Source: a virus. Taken from it: a stretch of DNA of 64,000 nt. Shown here piece after piece: positions 6,521 through 16,138 of the stretch (position 1 is the stretch's first letter; each line of letters begins with the position of its first letter). Below the pieces are notes generated by a model. That model made no database searches. It saw nothing but the letters and a program-made list of their open reading frames with translations, and had not been told where the DNA came from. The translations under genes and the position numbers were made by a program. The stretch lies in IMG/VR virus record IMGVR_UViG_3300025168_000001. One strand, given 5' to 3'.

Positions 6521-8367
6521 TAAATTATATAGGACCCGAAAGAAATATTCCTTCGGAACATTATAAAGTAGCAACTATTGAAGATGCGGTTAGCTACTGT
6601 AAAGACAAAAAGTATCTAGGTGTAGATACTGAAACAGAAGGATTAGACTTCCAAACAAAGAGAATGCTAATGCTTCAAATAGGAGACGATAACGAACAAT
6701 TTGTTATTGACACAAGACACGTAAGTATTGAACCTTTACGTGACATTTTAGAATCAAACTCTATAATAAAGATTCTACATAATGTCAAATTTGATTATAA
6801 AGTTATTAAAAGGTGGGGTAATATTACTATGAATGGATGTTGGGATACTATGTTAGTGGACCAAATTATTCATTGTGGTAAATTTACTTTACGATATTCT
6901 TTAAAGGAGCTTTGTAAGCGCTACCTACAGGTAGACTTAAACAAAGACGTTAGAAACCAATTCGTTGGTTTAGAAGGCGAACCCTTTAAAGACGATCAAA
7001 TAGTATATGGTGCTAAAGATGTAGAGTATCTATGTTTTATAAGGAATGCTCAAGAGCAAACACTCATAAAACATAAATTAGAAGACGTTGCAGAGTTAGA
7101 AAACACTGCAAGTTTAGCTTTAGCAGACATAGAATTTAATGGCTTTAAATTGGATACAGAACAATGGAGTAATATAGCGAAGGATTCCAAAGACGAAATG
7201 ATTAAGTATGAAGACACATTAGATCAATTAGTTATGGCAGATCCAAGGTTATCTAGTTTTGTTAATCCAAATGTACAGACACAATTATTTACAGCAACAG
7301 AAGATATTAGAAAAATTATGGTTAAATGGTCTAGTCCTACACAAGTATTAAGAGTATTCAAAATTTTAGTACCTGATTTAGAAAATGTAAATGGAAAAGA
7401 ACTGATAAATTATAGAACTCACGGATTAATAAATAACTATGTAAAGTATAAAGAGAAAGCAAAGCTTGCTACTTCATATGGTATAGAATTCTTAAAGAAT
7501 ATTGGAGCAGATGGTAAGATTCATACTAGATTTAATCAAGTATTAAATACTGGTAGAATTGCTAGTAACTCTCCAAATATGCAGCAGATACCTGCAGACA
7601 ATAAGTTTAGACATTGTTTTATACCTGATGAAAATCAAGTACTAGTATCTGCCGATTATAGTTCTCAGGAATTATGTATTATAGCGACAGGATCTAAGGA
7701 CCCTGTTTGGTTAAAAATTCTAGAAGAAGGCGGTGACTTACACAGTGAGTGCGCAGATCTAGTATTTCAAGACAAATGGAGAGAAGCTGATGAAAAAGGT
7801 AAGAAAAAGTTGCGTACTAACGTAAAAACCATTAACTTTGGCCTCGCTTATGGCATGGGTCCATTTAAATTAGCAAACACTTTACAGATAAGTACAGAAG
7901 AAGCACAGATACTAATAGATAAATATTTTAGTGTATTCCCCTCAATTAAAAAGTTTCTAAATAGTCTAGGAAATTACGGAAAACGATACGGTCACATTAA
8001 AACCTTTGCGCCTTTCAGAAGGATCAGATGGTTTGAAGATTGGTTCCCTGGTATGGGATTCAGTTCAGGAGACATGAAGGTGTTAGGTTCAATTGAACGT
8101 GCATCTAAAAATACTCCTATTCAAGGTACAGGTGCTGACATGACTAAACTTGCATTGGCTTTCTTACGAAAGAGAATACAAGATGACAACTTACCAGTTA
8201 AGTTAGTTATGACAGTACATGATCAAATTGATACAATGTGTCCAACAGATTACTCCACAGAATGGTCAGAAATTTTAAGTTACGAAATGGAAAGAGCTGC
8301 AGAGCTTATTTTAAATAATAAGTTATTGAAAGCTGAACCTAGTATTAATTCAAAATGGGAAAAATGA
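6517..8367 (+). CDS. polA: family A DNA polymerase with 3'-5' exonuclease domain
   Basis: Exonuclease motifs: GVDTETEGL (ExoI), ILHNVKFDY (ExoII), YGAKDVEYL (ExoIII). Polymerase motifs: VSADYSSQELCI (A), RTNVKTINFGLAYGMG (B), MTVHDQID (C). Confidence 0.92.
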   Translation: MINYIGPERNIPSEHYKVATIEDAVSYCKDKKYLGVDTETEGLDFQTKRMLMLQIGDDNEQFVIDTRHVSIEPLRDILESNSIIKILHNVKFDYKVIKRWGNITMNGCWDTMLVDQIIHCGKFTLRYSLKELCKRYLQVDLNKDVRNQFVGLEGEPFKDDQIVYGAKDVEYLCFIRNAQEQTLIKHKLEDVAELENTASLALADIEFNGFKLDTEQWSNIAKDSKDEMIKYEDTLDQLVMADPRLSSFVNPNVQTQLFTATEDIRKIMVKWSSPTQVLRVFKILVPDLENVNGKELINYRTHGLINNYVKYKEKAKLATSYGIEFLKNIGADGKIHTRFNQVLNTGRIASNSPNMQQIPADNKFRHCFIPDENQVLVSADYSSQELCIIATGSKDPVWLKILEEGGDLHSECADLVFQDKWREADEKGKKKLRTNVKTINFGLAYGMGPFKLANTLQISTEEAQILIDKYFSVFPSIKKFLNSLGNYGKRYGHIKTFAPFRRIRWFEDWFPGMGFSSGDMKVLGSIERASKNTPIQGTGADMTKLALAFLRKRIQDDNLPVKLVMTVHDQIDTMCPTDYSTEWSEILSYEMERAAELILNNKLLKAEPSINSKWEK

Positions 8368-9563
8368 TTCAAACAGATTTATTTAACGAACAAAAAGATG
8401 AACTTCAATTAGAACATCTAGATGCTTGGGTCTCGAATGGTTACAAAGGTACTTCTATTGCTGCTACTGGTCTTGGTAAAACTAGGATTGGTATTTTAGC
8501 AATTAAAAATACTTTAGGAAAAGATTCTAACAAGTCGGCATGTGTAATTGTGCCTACTGAGAATCTTAGAGACAATGAATGGGTTAAAGAATTCCATACT
8601 TGGAATTTAGAACATTTATTACCACAAGTAGAATTCATGTGTATACAATCTGCATATAAACTTGCAGGACATCATTGGGATATCGTTGTTGTAGACGAGG
8701 TACACACTACCTTATCTACATCATATAGAAATTTCTATGAAAATAATCTTTGGGAAAGGATGTATTGCTTCACAGCAACGCCTCCTGAAAACGAAGAGTA
8801 TTTTAATTATTTACATGAACACGCCCCTATTATTAAAACAACCAATTTAAATGAGGCGAGAAAACTGGGGATTGTGTCCCCTTATACAGTGTATAATTTA
8901 GGTGTTAGTTTTACACCTGAAGAAGCACTAGAATATAATAGAGTAGATAAGCTTCTTCAAGATTGTACAGATGAACTCGGTGGACCTTTTAATGCATTTA
9001 AAAATGCAAGTAAATTTATGAAATCGAGTAATCATCCTAAGAAGAAGATATCTATTATATATTATAAGATGATGAATAAAAGGAAACAAATGTGTTTTAA
9101 TGCATTTAGTAAATTAGTATTAGTTAAGAAATTAACTGATAAGTTTCCTAATAGGAAAACATTAATCTTTAGCGAAAGCATAGAGTTTGCTGAGCAAATT
9201 CAAACAGTAATTGGATCTGATTGTTCCGTATTTCATAGTAAAATGCATAAGAACGATCGTAAAGATACTCTTGAAAAGTTTGGAGAAGAGAAAGGTGTTA
9301 GAATATTAAGTTCCGTTAAAGCGTTAAATGCAGGTCTTAATGTGCCAGATTGTTCTTTAGGAATATGTGTTGCTGGCAGTTCAAAAGCCCTAGACAGTAT
9401 TCAAAGAACAGGTCGTACATTAAGATTAAAAAATGGCAAGAAAGCAATTTATGTGAACTTATACATCAAAGGAACACAAGAACTAAAATGGGTTAGAAAG
9501 AGAGTAAAAAGTGATTACACAGTGAAATGGATAGATGATATAAGCGAAATTATTAATTTATAA
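8355..9563 (+). CDS. superfamily 2 DEAD/DEAH-box helicase
   Basis: AATGLGKT (Walker A), VVVDEVH (motif II), FTATP (III), QRTGRTLR (VI). Confidence 0.85.
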   Translation: MGKMIQTDLFNEQKDELQLEHLDAWVSNGYKGTSIAATGLGKTRIGILAIKNTLGKDSNKSACVIVPTENLRDNEWVKEFHTWNLEHLLPQVEFMCIQSAYKLAGHHWDIVVVDEVHTTLSTSYRNFYENNLWERMYCFTATPPENEEYFNYLHEHAPIIKTTNLNEARKLGIVSPYTVYNLGVSFTPEEALEYNRVDKLLQDCTDELGGPFNAFKNASKFMKSSNHPKKKISIIYYKMMNKRKQMCFNAFSKLVLVKKLTDKFPNRKTLIFSESIEFAEQIQTVIGSDCSVFHSKMHKNDRKDTLEKFGEEKGVRILSSVKALNAGLNVPDCSLGICVAGSSKALDSIQRTGRTLRLKNGKKAIYVNLYIKGTQELKWVRKRVKSDYTVKWIDDISEIINL

Positions 9564-9576
9564 ATATATTATTTTT

Positions 9577-10218
9577 ATGATTGCAATTGGCAAACCATTT
9601 ATAGATATACTGATAGAAAACCAGCTAACACTGGAAGAGTATACAGTTATCTATTGTGTTGTTTATGATAAAAAAGATTTAATTAAATCTTATAGTCGTA
9701 ACGTTAACACAATTAATTCTGAAGCGGTTAAGAATCTTCAAGACAGAGGATTCATAACTATGACGGAAGGAAAATGGGCAGCTACAGATAAAAGTGATGT
9801 GTTTATACGAGATCTAGTAGATAGTTATTCAAATCAGAAATCAGATAACCCTTTCTTAGGAGATGAAGATTTAGTAGACTTGGCGGATAGTATATATGGT
9901 AAAGAGTTTGATGACTTTTTATCTTCATATCCGACCAAGGCTATTAGGCCTAGTGGGAGGACAGATTATTTAAAAGAAGGTACCAAAGAGATAAAGAAAA
10001 TGTATCTCAGTATTATTCAGGGAAATAGATGTTCACCTCAACGACTACAAAAAGCTGTTGAATTCTATGTCAACAGGCAAAAACGAAATGGTATGAACTA
10101 TATTAAGACACTAAAGAATTGGCTTAAACAAGAAATTTGGAAAGACACTCTTAATATATTAGATACTGAAAGTAATGAACCAAATAAAAATATCAATTAT
10201 GGCGGTAAAATCAGCTAG
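9577..10218 (+). CDS. possible replication organiser / helicase-loader-like protein
   Basis: N-terminal wHTH-like segment (NLQDRGFITMTEG). The C-terminal pattern YPTKAIRPSG...AVEFYVNRQKRNGMNYIKTLKNWLKQEIWKD recalls DnaD/replisome-organiser C-termini. Its position just upstream of the DnaB-like helicase fits this. Confidence 0.35.
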   Translation: MIAIGKPFIDILIENQLTLEEYTVIYCVVYDKKDLIKSYSRNVNTINSEAVKNLQDRGFITMTEGKWAATDKSDVFIRDLVDSYSNQKSDNPFLGDEDLVDLADSIYGKEFDDFLSSYPTKAIRPSGRTDYLKEGTKEIKKMYLSIIQGNRCSPQRLQKAVEFYVNRQKRNGMNYIKTLKNWLKQEIWKDTLNILDTESNEPNKNINYGGKIS

Positions 10219-11197
10219 AAGCTTAAAGTATAAACATATAAAGACGGCCAGTGATGAAATTATACAGTATATCGATGATAGAAGGAAAGGACTCATACGT
10301 TCGCTTAGAACAAGATGGGCTAAATTAAACAATTCAATTACAGGAGGTTTGGAATGGGGAACAATAGTTACTGTGGCAGGTATGTCTGGCTCAGGTAAAT
10401 CCTCAATTGCAAATGAAATGGAAACGAGTTTGTTTGATTTTAACCCTAATGAAAACTTTTCAATATTATCATTTAATTTCGAAATGCTAGCAATGAAGCA
10501 GGTAGGAAGAAAAATTTCTTCTAAATTAAACTTGACTTCGTCTGAACTATATTCAGGTAGCGACTCATTAAAAGATTTAGATTTCGAAAGATCTAGATTT
10601 GTAGTAGAAGATACGATAAAAGATTATGACGTATATTATGTAGATATTCCAGGATCAGTACAGCAAATTTATAGCACTATAAAAAGATTTCACACAAATG
10701 AAAAGAGAAAGAAAGGAGATGATTACGGAACAGTAGTGTTTCTTGATCATACATTATTAACGAGAGGAGGTAAAGGAGCATCAGAGAGGGAGATTTTAGT
10801 TAATTTATATAAGATGTTTATGCTTATAAAAAAAGAATTTAAGATTGTTGTAGTAGTTTTAAGTCAATTGAATCGAGATTTAGAAAGACCTGAAAGACTA
10901 TCAAACCCTATGACACATTATCCTATGAAAAAAGACATATTTGGATCAGATGCAGTTTTTCATGGGTCAGATATAGTTATGATTAGCCATAAACCTTTTA
11001 TGCTTCATCTACAAACTTATGGGCCTAATAATTTACCTGTTACAAATCCTTTGGATAGTGACCAGGCAATGATATATTGGCATATAATAAAAAACCGTGA
11101 GGGAGAATCAGGAGTAGTATTAAGTATGCTTGATAATCTTAAACACAGTAAAGTAGACGAATATGAAAAACCAAGTGAAATAAACTTTAATTTATAG
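10175..11197 (+). CDS. DnaB-like replicative helicase (RecA-fold domain)
   Basis: AGMSGSGKSS (Walker A), VVFLDHTLL (Walker B), VVVLSQLNRDLERPER and IIKNREGESG match DnaB-family motifs. An alternative in-frame ATG at 10199 would shorten the overlap with the upstream gene. Confidence 0.85.
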   Translation: MNQIKISIMAVKSARSLKYKHIKTASDEIIQYIDDRRKGLIRSLRTRWAKLNNSITGGLEWGTIVTVAGMSGSGKSSIANEMETSLFDFNPNENFSILSFNFEMLAMKQVGRKISSKLNLTSSELYSGSDSLKDLDFERSRFVVEDTIKDYDVYYVDIPGSVQQIYSTIKRFHTNEKRKKGDDYGTVVFLDHTLLTRGGKGASEREILVNLYKMFMLIKKEFKIVVVVLSQLNRDLERPERLSNPMTHYPMKKDIFGSDAVFHGSDIVMISHKPFMLHLQTYGPNNLPVTNPLDSDQAMIYWHIIKNREGESGVVLSMLDNLKHSKVDEYEKPSEINFNL

Positions 11198-11199
11198 AT

Positions 11200-11463
11200 A
11201 TGACAGCAAAGATAATAAAAACAGATGGTGCAGAAGAATTGTTTGTTCTGCCCTCAAAAAATCAACTCAAGATTATGCAAAAAGCAGTAGGAGGGTTGAT
11301 TGAAGTAGTACCGTCAACACAAGAGGGACTTAGTGTTGTCTGTAACGAAGAAGGTAAAATACAGGGCTTACCTATTAATTATAAAGCCACTGTTTTACAT
11401 AGATTTTCAGCAGATCCCTTATGCGGGGACGTAATAATTATACAAACCGATAAATTAATTTAA
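11200..11463 (+). CDS. hypothetical small protein (possibly DUF3846-like)
   Basis: 87 aa. The pattern GGLIEVV...VVCNEEGKIQGLPINYKAT...GDVIII recalls DUF3846, but this is from memory only. Confidence 0.3.
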   Translation: MTAKIIKTDGAEELFVLPSKNQLKIMQKAVGGLIEVVPSTQEGLSVVCNEEGKIQGLPINYKATVLHRFSADPLCGDVIIIQTDKLI

Positions 11464-12147
11464 ATGGCACAAGAAATTTTAATCATTGGAGAATCGGGTT
11501 CTGGTAAATCAACTAGTTTTGAGCACTTAGACCCTAAATCAACTTTTATAGTTAATGTTGGTAAAAAACCAATGCCCTTCAGAGGGTGGAAAAAAAACTA
11601 TACAACTCTTTCAAAAGAGAATCCTAGAGGTAATTACTTAGAATCAGATAATCATTCTGTAATTGTATCTACATTAAAGCATATAGATGAACATATGTCA
11701 CACATAAAAACAGTTATTATAGATGACTTTCAATATGTTATGGCAAATGAGTATATGCGTAGAGCAAACGAACGAGGCTTTGATAAGTTCACCGATATAG
11801 GATTACACGCTTGGGAGATAGCAACAGCTGGTAAAGATTTAAGAGAAGATATTACATTTATTATGGTAGGACATGCAGAAACTGCAACTGACCTACAAGG
11901 TAATAGAAAGCTTAAATTTAAAACAGTAGGTAAATTAGTAGATAATATCATTACTATGGAAGGGATGTTTACAATTGTGTTATTCACAGATGTAAGTCCT
12001 GATGCTGAAGGTAACATAAAACATTCATTCTTAACTCAATCTGATGGTACAACTACTGGTAAGAGCCCTAGAGGAATGTTTAATGAAAGTAAAATACCTA
12101 ATGATATTAACACAGTTATTCAAGAAGTTAACAAGTATTATAATTAA
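11464..12147 (+). CDS. Sak4-like / AAA_24-type RecA-fold ATPase
   Basis: N-terminal IIGESGSGKST (Walker A) and TVIIDDFQ (Walker B). Its ~227 aa size and position next to an SSB-like gene are typical of phage Sak4-type recombination ATPases. Confidence 0.6.
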   Translation: MAQEILIIGESGSGKSTSFEHLDPKSTFIVNVGKKPMPFRGWKKNYTTLSKENPRGNYLESDNHSVIVSTLKHIDEHMSHIKTVIIDDFQYVMANEYMRRANERGFDKFTDIGLHAWEIATAGKDLREDITFIMVGHAETATDLQGNRKLKFKTVGKLVDNIITMEGMFTIVLFTDVSPDAEGNIKHSFLTQSDGTTTGKSPRGMFNESKIPNDINTVIQEVNKYYN

Positions 12148-12158
12148 AAACCAATTTT

Positions 12159-12821
12159 ATGAGATTAGTAGGAAAAAGAGTCGAAAGACTAAATCGTTAT
12201 GGCGATGACCTATGTATCGAATTACAAGAATCTGGTAGAATGCGTATAAGCCCTGCTTTGCAGTCTAGGATGAATCTTCGTCCTGACAACAACAAAGTAG
12301 GCTTTGCATATCCAGAAGAAGGTGATACGGAACAGGTCGTTAATATTTATGTAGCACCCGATGGAAATGGGGTTGCAGTAAATAACCAAGGAGTATTAAG
12401 TAATACACCACACAACCGTGATCTAAGATCACATTATGAAGAGTCAAGTTTAGAGAATGTCAAATTATTTGTAGCAGAACAGTCTACAGAAATGGACGGA
12501 TTTCCTGGATATAGATTTTTCAAAATTAAGTCACAAAGTATGTTAAATACAGCAACAGATGATTACTCTAAAGCTGTAAATACATTAGAAGAAGCCCCTG
12601 TAAATATGGAAACTTTTGTATCTTCGCAAACAGATGAAGATATAATTGAACATGCTACAGAAACAGAAAGTTCAAACCCTGCAGTTGAAGAAGAGGTCTT
12701 TGGGACTGATTACGTAACTTCAACAAAAAGTAACATAGAAAAGAACTTTCAAGAAGATGCTATTCAAGACATGCAAAACCAACAAGAAGAAGAATCATTA
12801 GATTCTTTGGACATATTTTAA
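12159..12821 (+). CDS. hypothetical protein with acidic C-terminal tail ending in DIF
   Basis: 220 aa. C-terminus NQQEEESLDSLDIF. No catalytic motif. Confidence 0.6.
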   Translation: MRLVGKRVERLNRYGDDLCIELQESGRMRISPALQSRMNLRPDNNKVGFAYPEEGDTEQVVNIYVAPDGNGVAVNNQGVLSNTPHNRDLRSHYEESSLENVKLFVAEQSTEMDGFPGYRFFKIKSQSMLNTATDDYSKAVNTLEEAPVNMETFVSSQTDEDIIEHATETESSNPAVEEEVFGTDYVTSTKSNIEKNFQEDAIQDMQNQQEEESLDSLDIF

Positions 12822-12856
12822 ATCAATTAAATTAATAATAACAAAAAAAAAGAACT

Positions 12857-13429
12857 ATGTATCAAATTAATCAAGCATTAAATGTAAACGAAGTATCAGG
12901 ATCATCACCAATTCCTGTAGGTGTAAATGACAATTGCCTATTTAGCGGTGTAGAAAAGAAGACAGACAAGAATGGAAAGTCTTACTTAAGTTTCAAATTT
13001 ACAGACTCTGACGCTAATGAATTAACTCACAATGAGTTTGACATTAATCCAGATTATGTAACTCCTAAAGAAGGAGAGTCTAAAGAAGACGCTGTTGCTA
13101 GAAGAATAAATAATATGCTTATTAGAATCAAACATATTTGCACACAATTTATTCCAAAAGACCAATTTAGCGTTAGTGGTAATAATTTTGATGAATTATG
13201 TACTAATCTATGTGCGACTATGTCAGCTGCTAATACTCACACACCAGTGAGATTAAAAGTTGTATACGATTACAAAGATTACTCATCTATTCCTAATTAT
13301 GCACCATTTATTGAAGCGATGACTAAAACTCCTAGTGGGTTAAAGATTACAGCTTATGATAAAACTGAAAAGACTTCTCAAGCAGCAACTACTCAAGTAG
13401 TTGGTACTGAAGAAGATCTTCCATTTTAA
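12857..13429 (+). CDS. probable single-stranded DNA-binding protein
   Basis: 190 aa. The C-terminal tip GTEEDLPF resembles the bacterial SSB tip DDDIPF, and the gene sits in the recombination/replication cluster. OB fold not verified. Confidence 0.45.
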   Translation: MYQINQALNVNEVSGSSPIPVGVNDNCLFSGVEKKTDKNGKSYLSFKFTDSDANELTHNEFDINPDYVTPKEGESKEDAVARRINNMLIRIKHICTQFIPKDQFSVSGNNFDELCTNLCATMSAANTHTPVRLKVVYDYKDYSSIPNYAPFIEAMTKTPSGLKITAYDKTEKTSQAATTQVVGTEEDLPF

Positions 13430-13448
13430 TCAATTAAGATAACTTAAT

Positions 13449-13525
13449 ATAAGAGAGATAGTATGCGAACTCTACCTGTGCTAGACAGTTGTAGATTCTA
13501 TTTATTACTATCTCTCTTATTTTTA
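13449..13525 (+). terminator. long hairpin plus T-tract (terminator or small RNA)
   Basis: Perfect 15-bp stem ATAAGAGAGATAGTA (13449-13463) / TACTATCTCTCTTAT (13506-13520) encloses an inner TCTAC/GTAGA helix. Followed by T5. Confidence 0.5.
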
Positions 13526-13527
13526 TT

Positions 13528-14526
13528 ATGTATGATTTAACAAACATCCAGGAACCAGAAAAGTTATCGAAGCAAGCAATATTAGATAGAATAACTGAAG
13601 AAGATATTATGAGACATTACTTGGGATTTGATTTCCAAGTAGGAAGACCTTATAGTAGCCCTTTTAGAGAGGACAAAAATCCCTCTTTTGCATTGTATTA
13701 TACAAAAGACCGAGGATTAAGATTTAAAGATTTCAATGGATTACAAGGAACATGTTTTGATTTAGTAATGAATTTATATGGGTCAACTTTTTTAGAGACC
13801 CTTAACATTATAAATAATGATTTAGATTTACGTATTGGAAAAATAAAGGCAACTAATGTAACACGAAAGATAATTTCGTCTTACAAACCCGAAGTAATAG
13901 AAAGGAAAAAATTAATCCAAATAAAACCTCAGCATTGGACAAAAGTCGATGCTAAATATTGGACTCAGTTTGGAGTAACATCTAAAACTTTAAAAAAGTT
14001 TAATGTATACTCTGCAAAGTTTGTCTTTTTAGACAAACAATTAATTCTGCAGTATATGGAATATAATCCTATATACGCATATAAATTTAACGGTAGAACT
14101 AAAATTTATAGACCTCTAGCAGATAAAACACAATTTAAATGGATGAGTAATGTACAGCATGAAGATTTACAAGGTTTAGAACAGCTTGAATATAAATCTG
14201 ATACTGTAATTATTACAAAATCTTTAAAAGATGTAATGTGTCTATCTGAATTAGGTTACGAAGCGGTTGCTCCGCAATCTGAAAATACAAGAACACAATT
14301 TGACTTACTAAAAGAACTTATACCTAAATACGAAAAGATAATTATATTATACGACAATGATGAAGCAGGAATGCATGGAGCAAAAACTTTAGAAAAGTTT
14401 CTTGATAACGATAAAGTTAAAAATGTTATTATTAAAGATCCTAAAACTAAAGATATAAGTGATTATATACAAACATATGGAATAAACTGCGGACAATTAT
14501 TAATCAAAATGCTTATAGATGAATAA
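13528..14526 (+). CDS. DnaG-like Toprim primase with degenerate zinc-finger box
   Basis: SPFREDKNPSF aligns to the DnaG CPFHxEKTPSF box but lacks the Cys/His ligands. Toprim motifs: VIITKSLKDV and IILYDNDEAG (DxD). Confidence 0.7.
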   Translation: MYDLTNIQEPEKLSKQAILDRITEEDIMRHYLGFDFQVGRPYSSPFREDKNPSFALYYTKDRGLRFKDFNGLQGTCFDLVMNLYGSTFLETLNIINNDLDLRIGKIKATNVTRKIISSYKPEVIERKKLIQIKPQHWTKVDAKYWTQFGVTSKTLKKFNVYSAKFVFLDKQLILQYMEYNPIYAYKFNGRTKIYRPLADKTQFKWMSNVQHEDLQGLEQLEYKSDTVIITKSLKDVMCLSELGYEAVAPQSENTRTQFDLLKELIPKYEKIIILYDNDEAGMHGAKTLEKFLDNDKVKNVIIKDPKTKDISDYIQTYGINCGQLLIKMLIDE

Positions 14527-15100
14527 AGTATGGAAAATAATTATCCCAAATTATGAGGATAAAGTCCCTGTCAGCCAAAGACGCAGGGCAAAGTATTACA
14601 AAAAAGAAGATCACGATAAAGGAAAACTACCAAAGAAATATCAAACTCAAATACAAAAAGGATTAATGACATTCGATTCTAAAGGCTTTTTAATAGACGT
14701 CTCTAAAAATCGAGTTATATCTAATCCTTTGTCAGCAGGTAAACCTAAATATTGGACAATTAATGGTCAGCGTATTTATGATGGATCTTTGCATTACACT
14801 GCAAGGTCTAAAGTAACGCGTTGGGCTCACAAATATTTAGGAGAATATATCACTCAACTACCACAAATTAAAATACCGCCTGGTAGGCACTTAAGAGTGT
14901 GGATGGATATATATAAACCTGGAGACAGATTAAATTGGGATTGTGATAATCAATGGATTTGGACAAAGTGGTTCTTAGATACACTCGTTGAGTTTGAAAA
15001 AATACCTGATGACAACGTACAGTATGTAAGAAGCTCTGGACAAATAAACTATATCGAATCTGATGAAAGAAAATTAGTGTTTAATATTCAAATAATTTAA
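14519..15100 (+). CDS. RusA-like Holliday junction resolvase (extended N-terminus)
   Basis: LNWDCDNQWIWTKWFLDTLVEFEKIPDDNVQYV parallels E. coli RusA [28 protein letters not shown] (D.DN...K..D.L......DD..V). Confidence 0.55.
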   Translation: MNKVWKIIIPNYEDKVPVSQRRRAKYYKKEDHDKGKLPKKYQTQIQKGLMTFDSKGFLIDVSKNRVISNPLSAGKPKYWTINGQRIYDGSLHYTARSKVTRWAHKYLGEYITQLPQIKIPPGRHLRVWMDIYKPGDRLNWDCDNQWIWTKWFLDTLVEFEKIPDDNVQYVRSSGQINYIESDERKLVFNIQII

Positions 15101-15101
15101 A

Positions 15102-16121
15102 ATGATAGAAGTAAACAACCCTTTACTGGAACACGTAATGAGCGTGTCATCTTTAAATTTATTTGCACAAAGTCCCGCAGCTTATAGAGAACATATCCTT
15201 AGGCCAGTTAGAAAAGAAACTACATACTTTATTAAAGGAAGTGCTGTAGATTGTTTAATAACAGAGCCAGGAGAATTTAATAATAAGTTTGCAGTTATTA
15301 GAACAGGTAGACCTTCAGGTATGATGGGGGATCTATGTAAACTAATGCACGACTATATGCAAGTAAACAATGATGGGCTCCCTGTCGAGACCCTGTTTAA
15401 TGTTGCTTTTAAAAAAGTAGGATTTAAACTAAAAGAAGAGACAGTATGGAAAAAGTACAATGCAGCTGAGATACAGAACTATATGAGATTTTTACAAAAC
15501 TCTGTAGGTAAATCAGTTATTACTGAGTTTGAGTACGAACAAGCTTCAGATGTAGTTAATATGCTCCAAAATAGCGTGCATACTAAATACTATATGAAAG
15601 ATTGTAGTGCTAACACTATGGTAGATGTATATGACCAATTAAGAGTAGATTTTGTTTATAATGATATAAAATGTAAAGGATTTCTAGACCGTGTCGTAGT
15701 TGACCACTATGCAAAGACTATACAACCTATAGATTTAAAAACAACAGGTAAATCTGTTTTAGAATTTAAAAACAGCTTTATGAAATTCGGATATTTTAGA
15801 CAAGGCGCTTTTTACCAAACAGGTATAAAAGCTTGGCAACATCAACAACCAGAACTTGCAGGTTATGAACTAAAGAACTTTATGTTTATAGTTGCAGAAA
15901 TGGAATGTATGCATTTACCTATAGTATATAGAATGACTGATAATGATTTAAAAGTATCTGAGTTTGGAGGATTCACGCAAATAGGCTCGCCTGTTAAAGG
16001 TTTCCAACAACTAATAGAAGAAGTAAAATGGCACCGACAAACAGATGTTTGGGATATGAGAGCCGAAGACTGCACTAGTATGAAGAATACAGGAGCAGTA
16101 GAATTAAATATGTTTAAATAA
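15102..16121 (+). CDS. PD-(D/E)XK family nuclease (RecB/Cas4-like exonuclease)
   Basis: GFLDRVVVD...IQPIDLKTTG gives the D...(D/E)xK signature. It is followed by FRQGAFYQ, a Q...Y motif. Confidence 0.7.
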   Translation: MIEVNNPLLEHVMSVSSLNLFAQSPAAYREHILRPVRKETTYFIKGSAVDCLITEPGEFNNKFAVIRTGRPSGMMGDLCKLMHDYMQVNNDGLPVETLFNVAFKKVGFKLKEETVWKKYNAAEIQNYMRFLQNSVGKSVITEFEYEQASDVVNMLQNSVHTKYYMKDCSANTMVDVYDQLRVDFVYNDIKCKGFLDRVVVDHYAKTIQPIDLKTTGKSVLEFKNSFMKFGYFRQGAFYQTGIKAWQHQQPELAGYELKNFMFIVAEMECMHLPIVYRMTDNDLKVSEFGGFTQIGSPVKGFQQLIEEVKWHRQTDVWDMRAEDCTSMKNTGAVELNMFK

Positions 16122-16138
16122 AAAACCAATTAAAAAAA

